In this document: positions 52,516 through 52,592 of the stretch, piece by piece
How positions within the stretch are numbered: the stretch's first letter is position 1
Layout of the letters: each line of letters begins with the position of its first letter
Source of the DNA: Paraglomus brasilianum
Taxonomy: Eukaryota
Assembly: GCA_910592345.1 (NCBI GenBank)
Contig: CAJVPI010000114.1
Coordinates: forward strand, 1 to 52,592
Direction: 5' to 3'
Length of the DNA: 52,592 nt
Made by a program: the position numbers and the translations under genes
Notes under the pieces: model-generated
What the model was told of the DNA's origin: nothing
The model's input: only the letters and a program-made list of their open reading frames with translations
Database searches by the model: none

Positions 52516-52592
<77 letters not shown>
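52440..52592. repeat. (GAT)n microsatellite with degenerate GAG/GAC lead-in, running off the window end
   Basis: Pure gat repeats from ~52517 to the end. Confidence 0.95.

Noticed and set aside
52440..52592. Terminal repeat as a telomere or poly-Asp CDS
   Set aside because: The unit is GAT, not TTAGGG-like, and no supporting start or upstream frame is evident.
1..52592. tRNA, rRNA or snRNA genes
   Set aside because: No cloverleaf/T-loop or rRNA signature seen by eye; tRNAscan-SE and Infernal would be needed to exclude them.

Overview
AT-rich eukaryotic nuclear DNA with short GT-AG introns. It is most consistent with an arbuscular mycorrhizal fungus (Glomeromycotina/Mucoromycota); this is inferred from gene style only. 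Intact genes reconstructed by hand: a 3-exon Crinkler-like P-loop NTPase + PD-(D/E)xK nuclease protein (1935-5066), a 6-exon conserved hypothetical membrane protein (8671-10242), a single-exon MATA-type HMG-box transcription factor (15620-16180, minus) alone in an ~20 kb gene-poor interval, a Derlin/Dfm1 gene (30116-31358), COX9 (32374-32547, missed by the ORF track), a cytochrome P450 (41094-42779), a 13-exon mitochondrial carrier (43294-45258) and a Cys-rich, probably GPI-anchored protein (48506-49108, minus). Between them lie decayed paralogs, small inverted-repeat elements and microsatellites. The most notable signal is decayed, intronless, bacterial-looking DNA inside the fungal chromosome. 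One piece is a frameshifted isoleucyl-tRNA synthetase remnant (~26830-27700) with TGA at a conserved Trp position. The other is a tightly packed cluster (~6283-7232) whose frames extend under genetic code 4. Both point to transfer from Mollicutes-related endobacteria into the host nucleus, which needs phylogenetic and long-read confirmation.
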